Source of the DNA: Tricharina praecox
Lineage: Eukaryota
Direction: 5' to 3'
Length of the DNA: 20,000 bases
NCBI RefSeq assembly: GCF_024521635.1
Contig: NW_026250441.1
Location: forward strand, 170,865-190,864
The position numbers were made by a program, and so were the translations under genes. Positions 1 through 12,923 of the stretch are shown here, in pieces; position 1 is the stretch's first letter; every line of letters starts with the position of its first letter. The notes under the pieces are model-generated. The model made no database searches, had not been told where the DNA came from, and saw nothing but the letters and a program-made list of their open reading frames with translations.

Positions 1-3000
1 CCTGCGGAAAATCCGGGGAAGGGTAAATAGGGGGAGGGGGATGTTTCTATGAATGGAACGGAGAGGAGTGGAGCCAGACGGGTGTGCTCCGAAGCGATGA
101 GCACAGCCATGGATATGTTTATTTGCGCACATCTGCGACGGAATGGCCGATTGGAAGGTTCGGAGCGTTGTTTGTTTCGGTACGGGGGGTTCGTATGTAG
201 ATACGCTCGACATACTTACCGAGCTGCATTCCCATCGATGATCGGTTACGCAAGCAGCAGTCGAGAGGGAGTGTGCCGTATGCATATGCCCTGGAACCTG
301 GACAGAGCGGAGCACAAGCTGGGCGCCGTCAGACATTCGCAGTGGTCCCCCCCGCCCCGCCACACACAGCAAAATTCCACCAAAAATAATAATAATAATC
401 TATTTCGGCAAATTAAATCTATGAGGGATATTCTGGCCTCTATTTGCGCCTGACAAACGTGTGTATCTACTCTACTCGCACCCGTCGCGAGACTGTGGCG
501 ATGGCTAGTGCAAAGCTGCCCGCTCATTGGTCGGAGCTCATGTACCGGGATTATGTGGAGCGAGTGATATGCTATGGTGTACGCCGCCTGCCTTTCTAGA
601 CGTGCGGCGTGATGGGAGAGAGGTTACTTTACTGGAGGGGGCGTTTTTAGACCTGTGGTTGCTGTTATTGTCGACATACGCCAGACGGGATTCCCTGCGG
701 TCACAGTGGAGAGGCAGCTCTTCACTGGAGAGTGCGTACCTATGACATGTACATACCTAGGAATGATAGGTAGGTAGGTACGTAGACCACACCGGACGAT
801 TGCTTAGCTTCTTTGCCCTCCGCGATGACTGATTTGCGGACAGGAAGCTTAAAGATCGCGAGTAATCTGAGTGAAGCAAAGAAAGAAAGGGGGTCGATCA
901 TGGTACATGGTACCTATCGTGGGTTACGCCTACCGTTCGGTGCATGCTTCTATTTAGGTCAAGATACGGGGCTGACGACCTCGATTGGTGGTGAACGGTC
1001 CTATCGATTGGTCTGAACTTGGTGATGTTTTGCCGGGATTCTGTGGAGCTGAGCGGGGTAGATCTTGTATTACGCAGCTCTTACGAGCGAGTCTTGATGA
1101 CTCCATACGGAGCGCCCAGCGAGTGGTTGTATGGAACTGGCCGCGAAAGCGAGCGACTCAGCACTACGGTCTGGCCCATGGGAAAGAATCAAGGAGGCGG
1201 AAACAATCCTCTTGCAGCTCTCTCCCCCATCGCCCACGCCCCCTCCCCTCCCCTCCCCTCCCCCCGGTGCATCCCCGCTGTTGGTGTGATGCAGATACGC
1301 GCCTTGGATTCGACCAGATCATGCTGTATGGGGATAAGTCGTTGCCTACTGGAACGAGAAACTTATGCTCCTTTCTTTCAACTGGCTTGTTCCACACCAT
1401 CCCCTCCTCTCACCTCCCTTCGCTCCATGACCATGCTAGCCGGGATGAACCTCGCGTTCGATGGCAGACAAAGTTTGACTTGACATGACAGTTCTCGGCT
1501 TTCCGTTGTATTGGCTGTCAGTCCCCCTCGTCAATGTATGCTAGTCACCGTCCATGGATACAGCTTCGCCCAGCTCCGGTAGTTGCCCGGCATATGTATG
1601 TTTGGCGTGAACGTTTCCCAGACATCTCGCTCTCCTGGCCATCGCCCATGCCCCCCCAGTGGACGTGAAGCAGGTCAGGTCACAGCTTATGGCCGGAGTT
1701 GCGTGGGCGGTCGTGTGTGTGCAGCTCCCATGTACATGTATGTACTTCCTCGGGCAGCTCAACCTCCCCCGCCAATCCGCACACGAGGAAGATACTCTGG
1801 GCCATGATTCGTCTCAGCATTGCCGCGACGGACTTGGGCCATTAGGAGATGTTGGACTTTGACTCGGCGACATAGACGCCATCGTATCCACTACGTGCTT
1901 ACCTTCACTTACCGGAGGAATCCAGCAAGAGCTCGGTGATCTTCGGATCCCCGACTTGGGTGATTGGGTTGTAGCTTTCAGCCTGCGGAGTACCTAGTAG
2001 GTACTTGTGCTGCTGTTGAGAAACCCGATAAATGGCCATCATCCGTGGAGTTGGGGATATATGCGGATATGATCGCAGACTGACAAAGAGGGTTGTGGTA
2101 ACCGGAACGATGGGAAGGATCATCGCGAAAGCTACATACCTGTAGGTGAGACACTTCCAGCTTCACGGCTTGCTGAACTGCTGCTACTCTCTGGGAATTG
2201 GTCTGATCTGATCATATGTGCAACCGTTAACCGGACTTAACTGAAACATACAACGTAGTCAATCAAGATTCGGCCTGGCGCAGCGACAATTTCTCCAGCT
2301 ACGGACAGGATAAGTAGTTCTGGGGTTAGTAAGGGATAGACCGAAAATCGGGCTTCTGCAATGATGAATACAGCTGCCAAGTATCTTGTAAGATGGCCGT
2401 CGGATCTCCACTGACCGACTTGATACGGTTGTGATCGTGACAGATATTGCGCGGAAGTACTAGCTAGCCCGTGCCGTTCCGCAATTGCGAGCGCGGGTGG
2501 TTGTGCTGTCTTCGATGACCGAGGTTCCCCGTCAACTCCGCCCATTGAATGACTACGGGAAGACACAGAGTAGCCGAGCACAGTCATACGGCTGCAGTCG
2601 GTCGGGGATCTAGCCCAGCCGAGTGATCCGGCATGAAATTCATTTGCTCCGAAAATAAAAACCCTTTTCCACGCTGGGACGTAGATCAGCCAGTAACATT
2701 TCCCCATTTCTAAGATGACTCCCTGCAAGAAAGAACTCCACTCATTCGCCACCGCAAAATCTCCACCTGCCCTCCGGTGTCCCCGGCCAATCACAAAATC
2801 ACCATCCTCGGATCCCCTTGCTCGTGCGTCCGGATCCCCCCCAAAAAATTGTTGAGGCATTTCCGAATCCATCACATAATCTTTGTACACCTAGGCATAA
2901 AAAACCAAATCGTACCTCCGTACCGAGCACGGCCCTCGGACGCCTTATCGACAAGTCACCGACCATCTCCCCCCCACCCCCACAGACTCCGTCTCCACAT

Positions 3001-5919
3001 ACTCTCGGAGTTCACGCAATCAGAGACACGCAGCGAGCAGAGACCTCCGTGGGTGAGATCAACACATGCATCAGCAGCTATATGTAAGCTTGTAACCGCC
3101 GCCCTGTCGAGCACTGCCGCCTAGGCCAGCCTGGCAGCGCCCTGGAGTGTCCCGCGTGGTTATCACTTGACCTGTCAGACACGGGCCGGGGGGCCTCGGG
3201 CTCGCCGCTCTGTGATTGGTCGTAATAGACGGTAGCGCTGGCTGGTGATTGGAGCTGCTGGAGCGCGCGAGTGGGGGTTTCTGCCTTGCCTTGCAGCGTG
3301 CGGCTGGGTGCAAGTCGGCTGGAAATCGTACGCGGTCAAGGAATGAGGGGATGCGATGCTGAGTACTACACTGCACTACACTAACTATGCCGATGACTGT
3401 TCATACATGCCGCTTTCGACTCGGGTGTCTCGAAATTCAGTGTAGGGTGTTCTGTAACCGAAACGAGGCTAGGTTGCTGTGGGGTCGAGTGACATAGAGT
3501 GGGTAGTCCTTTTCTCTCAAACTCTGGCTATAATCCAAGTACGTGTGGGTACATTGAGAATGGGGTACTTACTTTTATCCTGTATCAAGATCTTCACTCC
3601 TTGAGCCTAGGATGGTGTCGCGTTGGGCTGGCTTGGTGGCCTGATAAACGCGGTGGCGAGTAAAAATGGTACATGGCGGTGTCAGTGATCAATGGCTACA
3701 TCTCGTCGTAATATGCGCATTCAGACCTAAAGGTCTTCATGCTAACACGTCCGATGATTACTTCTACTCACGGCTACAATTTTGCCTCCGTTTTGGCTCT
3801 GAAAAGCAATGCGTGAGTGGTGGTCGATTTCCCTAAGTGTAGTGAAGCGGGGCTCACGTCGATGAGAGCAGAAGCGGCGACACATCACTTTTATAACTTA
3901 CGAGAAAACCTTCTTTTGTAGAAGAACAACGGAGACTGCGTGTATCGAAGCCCGGGTCGCGCAGGAAGAGACGAGTCTAGGAAGAGTTTTCGGATGTTGC
4001 GCATACATTGTCACTCGATATAAGATGTCGCACTCCAGTGCAATATTTTCATATCAATAGCAAAGCCTAGATAAAGCCACTTGATCCTTTCACACTACAT
4101 CAGCTTTGAAGGAGCCCTTTGAGCTTCACTAGTCTATGTGCTTGCTACCCCAATCAGGGTTCACATGACTAACAACAAACAAGTATTAAACTAAAGTCAT
4201 AGATCGGCTTGAATTAGGGATCAGGTTCTACTCCCGATGTCCGCCTCAAAGTCTGACTCGCGTGAGCCTTTCGTATCAACCGTAGATCTTATCATGGACA
4301 TGATAAGACTACTGGCACTGTCCAAAGAGTTTTGAGTCTATTAGGCCAGAGCACCGAAGCAAGCCCATCATAGTATATCACTCGCACAAACCCCGTTGGT
4401 GAACATCCTCACCGGTTGCAAGCGGCAAAACGGTGGCCGGCGGCCTTTAGCAGGCCCTTCGGGATATAAAGTCGGCTCCAGCAAGGGCTGGGATAGTACG
4501 GCGGATAAGGACTTCGTCTGTGCAGAAAAAATTGATCGTATACAGTCCTCGGATATACGTCCCCAGCCATTACTTACTACTGGATACCGTTAAGAATTTG
4601 GAGCAGTGGCCGTCACAATTGATGAAGAACCATAGAATTCACAGTGATAATAAAAGCATGAAAGATTCATAACGGAAACGCGCACAGTCGGCACATCGGA
4701 GGACAGATACGATGAAGCGCGGAAGTGCGCGTAGACGCAACCTACACACCAAGAAATATGAAAGTGAGACTCCCAACACCCGAGCGGCCGTCAGAGAAAG
4801 TTACCCAAACCGGAGCACATCGCCCATCCAGAGAAGAATTTATCCCTAGCGCGCCCTAGTAGGGCCTATATTGCTGCGCGGCAGCCCTGTGTGCCTACCA
4901 GACCCTGTACAAACAGCGCTTGCCACATTGCTTGCTTGTCTGTCGAAGCCATCCGCCGGGGGTGGTGGTGGTTTTTTGGCATCAGCGATTGCGGGAGCAC
5001 TAGATGTCACTCGGCACGTGGCACGGTATTCGCTGCTGGTTTTTTGAAGGGTAATCTTCATTGCTTTCGACTGCGCTAGATCATGCAAGCTTACATATCC
5101 GCTTCCACCCGGCTGTTACCCCTAGCCGGTGCCCGCGAGCTCGATACCGGTTCCATATTGCGCTGCGCCTTGCCCTCCCCGTAAGTCAACCCTCCCTGCT
5201 CCCTCCCCGTCCAACCATCTCCATTTAACCCGACAGAAAGAAAGAGTTACAAAGCCGGCGCTTTCTATCCATGATACGGGCTGGAGGCATTGTCGGTGTG
5301 TGTCCCATTCAATAGATACCGCCGGATCGCTAGTTGTGACATGTGGAACCCGGAACTTTCTCCCAGCTCCCCTCGCCGGTTGCGTGGCCTAGGTAAGAAG
5401 GATGTAGTTGACCTCTAGACCATTCCGTGATGGATACTTGAATTCGAAGATTTTAAGGTGGTGGGGGCTCCGCTGCGCGGTGGTCAATAACGTAGGGGTA
5501 GAGTACACCATCACCGACGGAAAGTTAGATAGCTAGTATACCTATCCAGCAGTTCAACGTCAGCACAGGACGGACGTATTCCGCATCCCCAAATCCCCAA
5601 ATCCCCAAATCCTCTTAGCCACCAACCGTAGGACCATAAGATCGCGGGCAAATATCTAGTACATGACTATAGCTAGTACGTAGGTATATCTTCGCCCCCG
5701 GCTAAACGAGTGAGGGGACACCGCGCGGTCTCTGCTGCGCGACGCTGGCACCACAACGCAGTGGCCTCGATGCTCCCGTTCCTACATCCGGTACTTCCGG
5801 TGTCCGGACTCCGTGGAGATTCGCTTCGGCTAGTTCAGGTGCGATTTCTCGGTCTTGCTCCTGCCGCCCTCCTCGTTGTCAGGCCCACATCCAAAACAAC
5901 CGAGTTGCATCGTCGGCGA

Positions 5920-6054
5920 GGTTACAAATATCTGCTCACGGTCAAGCAGGAGGCAGACGAAGTAGTAGCGGAAACCTAAAAGTGGCTTGCGGCTCGTTTC
6001 TACTACTTGAAAACAAGACATGTCGTGACTGGGAAACATCTAGCATGGACCAAG
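5920..6054 (+). mobile_element. Degenerate relic resembling the C-terminal part of a fungal LINE (Tad1-like) ORF2
   Basis: Reading through the TAA at 5977-5979, the frame of ORF 5710..5979 gives GYKYLLTVKQEADEVVAET*KWLAARFYYLKTRHVVTGKHLAWTK. This resembles, from memory, the K-x-LA-x-RFYQLKTGH-x-x-TG-x-YL-x-WTK segment preceding the terminal zinc finger of fungal LINE ORF2. No RT or endonuclease is recognisable nearby. Confidence 0.5.
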
Positions 6055-6819
6055 AGCCCCGTCACAGCTCCGAACACGTAGTTAGCCATCTGCTGCTACC
6101 TAGGTGAGTGTCGCGAGGAGATCTTGGGGCGTCTCTGTGGCCTCAGCGGTACCGGTGTCCTCGCTGTTTGAAGAGTCCGCGTTGCCGAGTCAATCAGAAG
6201 CGAAGGATCTTGGGTTCCCGCGCCGCCATTTCTCTTCGCTCCCGTACGAGTCTACCACATGTTAACGAGGAACAGTGAGTCCTCCCACGCCCCCGACGAC
6301 CACCGCGTAAAACGCAACTTGAAGGGGTTCCCTCCGCTTCCGCATTCAAAATCCATGCCGGGAGTGCTGAGAAAACGCGGGAGTTTGGTGTCCAGGAGGA
6401 GAGCCCGAGGTCCCGAACGGTTCCCGTTGCGTGAACACTGCCAACTCCACCGGGCCGTCAGTCACCGCCACCCAAGAAGGACCTCCAGTGGAAAGACACC
6501 TCGCCGCAGGAATTCATCTGCGTGGTCTCGTTTTCGATTTTAGTTAATATGCATCTAGGCCACGGCTTAACTGAAAACTCGCAGCTGGCCTGTACGACTC
6601 CAGACGTGCTGCATAGTAGCGATACATTGGGCTGAAATGAATGAAGTCGACAGCATCTCTTCAATCAAATCAAAGCGAAGCGATACAAAAGACACGAACC
6701 GCAAATCCCAGCTCTTCTTTCCCCGACTAGACAACAAAGACCGACTCGAAAGCACATCCGCGATGTAGAAAAAAGTAAATCAGCCATCAGTTGCCACCAA
6801 TCACGTGCACTCACTCTAA

Positions 6820-9091
6820 CTACGCCAACCCAGCCCACCCAGCGGACCACTCCCTCAACCTTTTGCCCCAAACATAAATAGGTATACCGATAAGCGCAAA
6901 ACCACCAAATATACCAGCGTAGATTCCAAACGCGCCGTCGTATCCGCACGCATTGATGAAATCGACAATTTTAAAGTTCATGGCAAAACCGACGACGTTG
7001 CGGAGGGCGCAGACCATTACGAGAAGAGGACTATTTATTGATATTTGTTAGTGAATGAGCCGAATAAGGGAGTGGGGTGTGTACCCTGCCCAGCGAGGGT
7101 AGCATTCAACTGCGTAGACCGAGAGGGAGGTGTTCAGTGAGAGAAACCCGAAATTGAGGAAAAATGCACCAAGTAGGGAGATCGCCCAATGGTACTGGTC
7201 GGTGTGGGCGCTGGACACTCCGTATATGACACTGCCGATAACGGTGAAGATTGAAGGGAGGATCAGGGAGGGGAGACGAGACTCGGGCTGGTAGAAGAAT
7301 CAGTGCTGGAGTGCGGGCGATCAGGGAGCGAGAACTACGTACCTCGTGGATACCGCCATTTTTCTTTGCCATATGCTTCGAGATCCAATCCATACCCCAG
7401 CCGGATAGAAAGAACGATAAAAAGCAGGCGGGTAGCATCGCCAAGGTCGACAGCCCCAGATTATCTACAGTCCACGGCCCACCCTTCTCCCATACCATAA
7501 GGGGCTGTGCATAAGTCATTAAAGAACTGATCGATATCGCGATACAGATCGAGTTCAAGATCACCACCCAGGCGATATTGGGAAGAAAAGCGGCTTTGAG
7601 CATATGTCGGTAGCAGGTCCAGCAGTTGGCCCAGTTGACGTTGCCGTGGGAAAACTTCATGTCATTTGCCCAGCTGCGTGGTTTGTACCCGCTGTCCGAC
7701 CCAAGAGAGGGGGATCGCGCTACCATGTTGGTTGTGCTGTTGGTGTCGGTGACTTTGCCGATGACGCGGATGTTTCCGTACGCATCGGTATCGATGAGTT
7801 CGCCATCTATGGGAGTCAGCTAATGAATGCCAAACTAGTACTGCCAGGGGATACAGACCGATTTGCTGGATGGCACGAACATATCGTGTCTCCGGGACGA
7901 AGAAGATCATCATAACAGTTCCGAGTGCAGAGAGGATGCCAAAGATTCCATAAAGCCACCTCCAGCCGACCATGTTGACGATCTTCGAAGACATAACTCC
8001 AAATAGGTAACTGATAGCCGCAGAGAAAGTCCACATAGCCCCGATCGCCTATAAACATCAGGATCGCCCGCAAACGTCCTCGCCCGGGAAATCGGAATGG
8101 TACTTACGTTGCCTCTCTGATGAACGAAATAAACGTCATGCAGCACCAATGGACTCAACGACTCGAAACTTCCCGCACCAATTCCCATGACGCATCGCGC
8201 GGCCAGATGATGATCAAAGTTCTTCGAGAGCGCAGCCCAGATCATGCACGCAGTGGTGAGAGTCATCAGGATGCACAGGATTGCGCGGCGTCCAATTGCC
8301 AGGCAAAGGGGGACGGTGATAAAGTTGGACATGCCCATGAAGAGGGAGGGAAGCGAGCCAAGAAGAGAAATGGTCGCGATTGATTTGTAGCCGCCTGGCG
8401 GAGGCTTGGTGAGGTCGATTCCGGGGGGAAGGTCCGGCATTGACATTCCGCCGAGCTGCCCTGCACGAGGAAGAAGGGAAAAGTCAAGGTCGATGCCAGA
8501 GGTTGAGCGGGCTTTGACTGCCGGACCAATGATTACGGCAGGCTCTAGTATATTTTTAGCATAGATAATGATACGATTGATGGACCGGGATAGAAAACAT
8601 GCCTCCCGTGTTCACAACCGCGGGTTTTGAGGAACCGGGAACGGGTGCGGACAATGCGGCCAACACTTCGACGGGATCTCCATACTGTAGCTGCAGGATA
8701 GGAATGATGCCACCGATACTTGCAACCGCGGTCAATCCAGCGACACCATCTGTGTTGTATCATAGTTGGTAAGCCGTTGTAGTGCAGTTGGTAGGTGCCG
8801 GAAACTTACAAAGAATCATAGTGGCGAGGATCATATGTTTCCTCCACATGGGGAGGTTAAGGGGATCTTTTTCAAGTTCGTCAGCTATCCGTATCATCAT
8901 CACTGACCCCCACCACTGCGCATACCATTCGGATCATCAGTTGGCACGGGAATGAGCCTCAAAGTATTGTTCTCATCGTACAGCCTAACGGTCCCTAGAG
9001 CCTGCTCTTTCAGCTGCTCAACAACCTCCGTATGGACCGCCGTTGCGTCAAACTTCTCCATCGAGGAGCGATTCTTGCGGTGGCCACTCAT
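6820..9091 (-). CDS. Major facilitator superfamily (MFS) transporter, fungal DHA1-like; 8 exons, 624 aa
   Basis: Manually spliced exons: 9091-8926, 8866-8810, 8749-8603, 8544-8108, 8048-7859, 7806-7343, 7287-7085, 7030-6820 = 1875 nt, open through to the stop. Introns are 52-60 nt, most with CTRAY-like branch sites. Motifs: LIPVPTDDPNDPLNLPMWRK, AIGRRAIL, ARCVMGIGAG, DVYFVHQRG, GWRWLYG, VPETRY, GIHEPESRL, IPIYVWGKRLR, with many hydrophobic TM segments. Confidence 0.93.
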
Positions 9092-11837
9092 GTTTGCTTG
9101 TACGTACTGTCAGAAGAAGAAAATAGCGAAAGAGGAAATGCTTTTTATTTTCTCGTCAAGAGAATATTAGGAAGGCAAGAGAACGAACGGATGACTGGGG
9201 GTGCCGAAAGAGAATCGCCTTCCACTGGCTGCATTTTGAACTGTTGACTCGGACTATTCGGCTTTGCGGGGGCATGCATATTTAATCTGGGGGTGGCCAT
9301 AGCCATGAGGTTTGACAGCGGCACTGGTGAACGGGTGGCAAAGATAGCTGGCAGCTTCTGAGAATGTACTCTGAGAGTTAATATGAAGGGAACCTGCACG
9401 TAGGAAAATCATCGGATCGTGTGGTTGAGATAGTGATGGCTTTGGGTTCGGCTGTTTGAACTATAACCACGCATAGCATGGCCCGGACTGGAGACTGAAT
9501 GGAGATATTGACTGTGGGAAGAGCTGGAGGATTCATTAGCCATCACATACAGTAGTAGTTATAGATATTCAGAGTCAACTATTAAACTCTCGGTAACGCA
9601 GCAAGTTAAGGCGAGAACCTTTTATTCGCGTGTCATCTAACGGTCATTACTATGTAACGATCTCGAGACGAAAACGTTCTTCAGACTCAGCGATCAGTTG
9701 TTTTGACGCCCGTCGCTCATCAACAGATTGCCATCAGCCTCTCCGAATGGACATTCAATTACTTCGCTGGCTCCCTCGTCTAGCTTGCAATTTCATCGCT
9801 TGCGCCGTGCGGCCACATTGGTTAACGTTCTGCAGGACCTCCATGATCTGCCGGGCCCGCTTATCCAGAATTCTCGCCCCCGCTTTTATTGTACACACGG
9901 TATGACTGAATCTGTTATTCCGCGAGTACAATGTTTCTTCTGCAGTTTCGAGAAGGCTTTCAAGATAGAATCAACCCGAACATCCACACCTTACTCCCAT
10001 CCCCAGCAACGGAAACACTACATGTTTAACATCTCACGCCTTCCTACGACGACAACGTACTTAGAGGGATATCGCAACTACTTGCTTGCTGCCTGTACCA
10101 GTATATTCAACAGCCCTTGATGACGATGCCTGGCAGGGTTCGGCTACGGATCCGGTGCACAGGATTGCGACCGCAACCGCCGCCCGGAAGGTCGATGGGT
10201 GAGGTTGGGGAAGTACAAGATCACCTACTTGGGAGGCAGGCTCGGTTCGGCGGGGGATCGGTGATGATATGAAAGCGAATCTCGTCGTATGGAGGATTAA
10301 CTCAGGGATCGATAGTATCGGCGAAACGTGGGGTGTTTTTCGCCGACTGGGTGCCAAGGTAGGTTTTGGGTTAGGTAAGTGATCGCTGGGAAGCGTGGTT
10401 TGCACTGCATGTCGGGATTTTAGTTTCTTCGAATGCCGGTCGGAGAGAGAAGGCGGAATTGCGCTGTGTAGATTCGTCTAAATGGAAGGGGGGATATGAC
10501 ATGAGGAACACTATTATCGCCTATATATCACCTCCCAACGGGTACACCTACCGGTAAAGTCGAAATTGAGCTTGGACGGGGCGCCACGCCAAACGCAGCA
10601 TTTACGTTTGGCGACGGTCGACGGTCGACGACCGCAGTGTTTTCCCCGTTCAGTTTTAATGGATGGAGGTGGTGATGTGTAATTTGTACTGAGCCAGAAA
10701 CGACTGAACGATGTTGCTTCGATTGCTATTAAGGAGTGGTTTGCAACCCCCGGTCGCAGCGCATGAATTGGTTCGCACCACTTTTAGATGATAGCGAATA
10801 CTGCCACAGAAACAGTGCGCACGAAACACAAAGCGTCCGGCAAAACGAAACGCTTTTAGAGAAACTAGAGGTCATCGACATGGTAGAGCTTCCTTACGAT
10901 CGCAACCTACATATCCAGCGGGGGGCCCCGCCGCCACTGGCCAGAACGGGGCACGGTCGGCGAAATAAAAAGACCATTTCGGGTTTCAGAAGAAAGAAGC
11001 TGCACAGGAGTTGAAACGAGGGAGTAGACCATGATGAAACGAACGAAGTGCGGTTGTGGGAAAGCCGATACCGATGTAGTAGCCAGCCGCTTCCGCACTG
11101 AACATTCCCAGGCCCAGGCTTTTTGACACAGGACAGGACCGGGCTAGTCTGACAACTCATCGCCCCGGACGAGACCGTGTCGCCGGGCCCTCAATCGTCT
11201 TCCGTTCGGATGGACTGCTTCCAGGCCTACCCAAAGCTTTATGAATGCCCCATCGTCGGTCCATTCCAGATCACCAGTGGATGGCATCTTGTCGGGGGAA
11301 CTTGTCATCACCGTTTGCCTCCAGCGCGTATTGAGGTCCTTCCGCGTTTGACTCGTTCTGACGGGGCGCCACGCTGGCGTTCCGCGAATCCGCGCCTTCA
11401 TGTTCCCTTAGCTATGGCACTCTGCATGACGGTATCAGTACTGGAATCTCCGAGTCTCCCATGCGCTACCAATCTAGATGGTTCTGTGTATCCGCACACC
11501 CAAGAGCCGACCATCGCACTTGACCGAGAGTCCAGTCCAGAGCATGCCGGCGAGAATGCGCGAGTACGCGCAAGATTATGCCCGCGAGCTTGTCAGAGAG
11601 CTCTCCGGAGAGTATCCCCGAAAGTATGCCAGCGCAGGCATGGGAGTTTTCTGTCGGGACAGAACAGTGTTAGGGCCCGGTGACAGAGTGCCCTCCAGGG
11701 CGAGGATTTGCTGGACTAGAGCAGTCAGTATCCATCTGTTTCCCTCGACCAGACATTCGTTGGGATCCCCAAGGTACACGTCTTGTAACCTGGGTGTGAC
11801 GTTGTTTGCTGGTCGGCCATGGGCAATGCGGTTCCTT

Positions 11838-11945
11838 CGAGAACTTCCATTGCACGTCCAGCGACGAGAAACTTTGGCACGCGACGACGAGAAATTCAAT
11901 TGCACGCAACGGCGAGAACTTCTATTGCACCCCCGGCGACGAGAG
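11838..11945. repeat. Degenerate ~25-bp tandem repeat, about 4 units plus a partial
   Basis: Units start with cgaga at 11838, 11865, 11888, 11913 and 11940: cgagaacttccattgcacgtccagcga / cgagaaactttggcacgcgacga / cgagaaattcaattgcacgcaacgg / cgagaacttctattgcacccccggcga / cgagag. Confidence 0.65.
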
Positions 11946-11998
11946 GAGAAAGGAGGAGACAAGAAACTCTATCATATTTATGTACACAATTATAACTC

Positions 11999-12628
11999 TC
12001 AAGGCCTTCCGTGGTTCTTGAAAATTTCCTTCGGCAATACATGTGTAAGAGGTTCAACAACTTCTATGACAACTTCCATCCAATTTTCCACTACCGTGCG
12101 ATCATTTTCTTCATCGGTCCAACTTGCCTCCATCATTTCATCTGCTGTGTGCAGCTGTTGCCTCAGTTACTCATCCAACTCTCTCAGTTGGAGAACACTT
12201 TTGAGACGGATAGTATCCGTCTGCGGTATCTCTTCAGGTACCACCAATACTCTCTCAACAGTCTTATAAATAACGAAGCATGTAGCTGCCATCGCTGTTG
12301 GGTAAGAACTTTCAAGCTATGGTCCAATTAGAAAATATGCCGGAATAGTAGAAGATGTTTCCGAGCAAATCTATAGAAAATTTGTAAAACATATTATTTA
12401 TGAAAAGAAAGGAGCTTTGAATATGCCTGCAATGGCATCTAAAAAGTCTCATCAAAGCTAGGTGTGCGTTTTCTAACTTCATAGATCTCTAGGGCGAGCA
12501 ACTCTTGGATGGGTCTGGAAATTCACAAATTTTCAGATACTTTGTATACTGAACCTATAGGTGATTGGCACAGAAGTCATTTTGTGCCTTCTTCGCTTTT
12601 GCATTGCGGTGCTCTGCTTGTCGCATTA
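11999..12628 (-). pseudogene. Possible 3' remnant of a spliced gene of unknown identity, truncated by the LTR nest
   Basis: After a CTAAT...CATAG acceptor (AG at 12318-12317), frame 12316-11999 reads LESSYPTAMAATCFVIYKTVERVLVVPEEIPQTDTIRLKSVLQLRELDE*LRQQLHTADEMMEASWTDEENDRTVVENWMEVVIEVVEPLTHVLPKEIFKNHGRP*, with a single internal TAA (12169-12167). The region is AT-rich and no family is recognised. Confidence 0.35.
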
Positions 12629-12923
12629 TGCGGGACTGGAACAGTTTCGGCACGTCAGAGTTGTGAGACTGAAACGGTTTCGGGATGTCAGAGTATTGAT
12701 TGATATCGAGTATAGAATAAAAGTGAGGGATTTCGATAGTTCACAGCGGCATAATTTTGAGGGGTATCGTCGGTAGTTGTTCAGTGTTCTGGTTGTGCTG
12801 GTGTTGAGTTTTTCCGTGACACTAGTCCAGCAACCATATAGTCTACACCTACACCTAAGCACGTGATCGGAAAACTGTGTCGTAGGGAACTCTGTTGCAA
12901 ATGCCCTTTGGGTGATGCTCTGG
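12629..12923 (-). mobile_element. Partial LTR of family B (3' part), with a duplicated 33-bp terminus
   Basis: The reverse complement of 12662-12923 aligns with ~17940-18198 (shared gcaacagag, atcacgtgct.agg, tgtgaa.tatcgaaatccc..acttttattctatactcgata, cagtctcaca). 12629-12661 is a 27/33 identical tandem copy of 12662-12694. Confidence 0.85.

Noticed and set aside
49..1862. Overlapping short ORFs and simple repeats (AAT)n, (TAGG)n, (CCCCT)n
   Set aside because: Translations look random or are driven by low complexity, and the microsatellites are ordinary.
1905..2890. Minus-strand ORFs (217 aa, 72 aa) with hydrophobic patches and some splice-like sites
   Set aside because: No recognisable domain and no consistent exon chain could be built. 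It may be a decayed gene but is unsupported.
5587..5612. (CCCCAAAT)x3, and ttttgggttagg near 10365, as interstitial telomere remnants
   Set aside because: They do not match tandem TTAGGG/CCCTAA and are too short.
10061..10405. 114-aa minus ORF containing ILSIPELILH, faintly F-box-like
   Set aside because: The motif is too short and the rest of the F-box pattern is missing.
10575..11374. 15-bp direct repeat gacggggcgccacgc (10575, 11360) and an adjacent 9-bp hairpin
   Set aside because: GC-rich and short, with no extension or element hallmarks. Compatible with chance.
11838..11945. CRISPR-like appearance of the repeat array
   Set aside because: No unique spacers of proper length, degenerate units, eukaryotic context and no cas genes.
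10736..12269. Same-frame ORFs 10736..11014 and 11177..11683, plus the 263-aa ORF 11478..12269
   Set aside because: No motif recognised. The end of the 263-aa ORF is the antisense shadow of the minus-strand relic.
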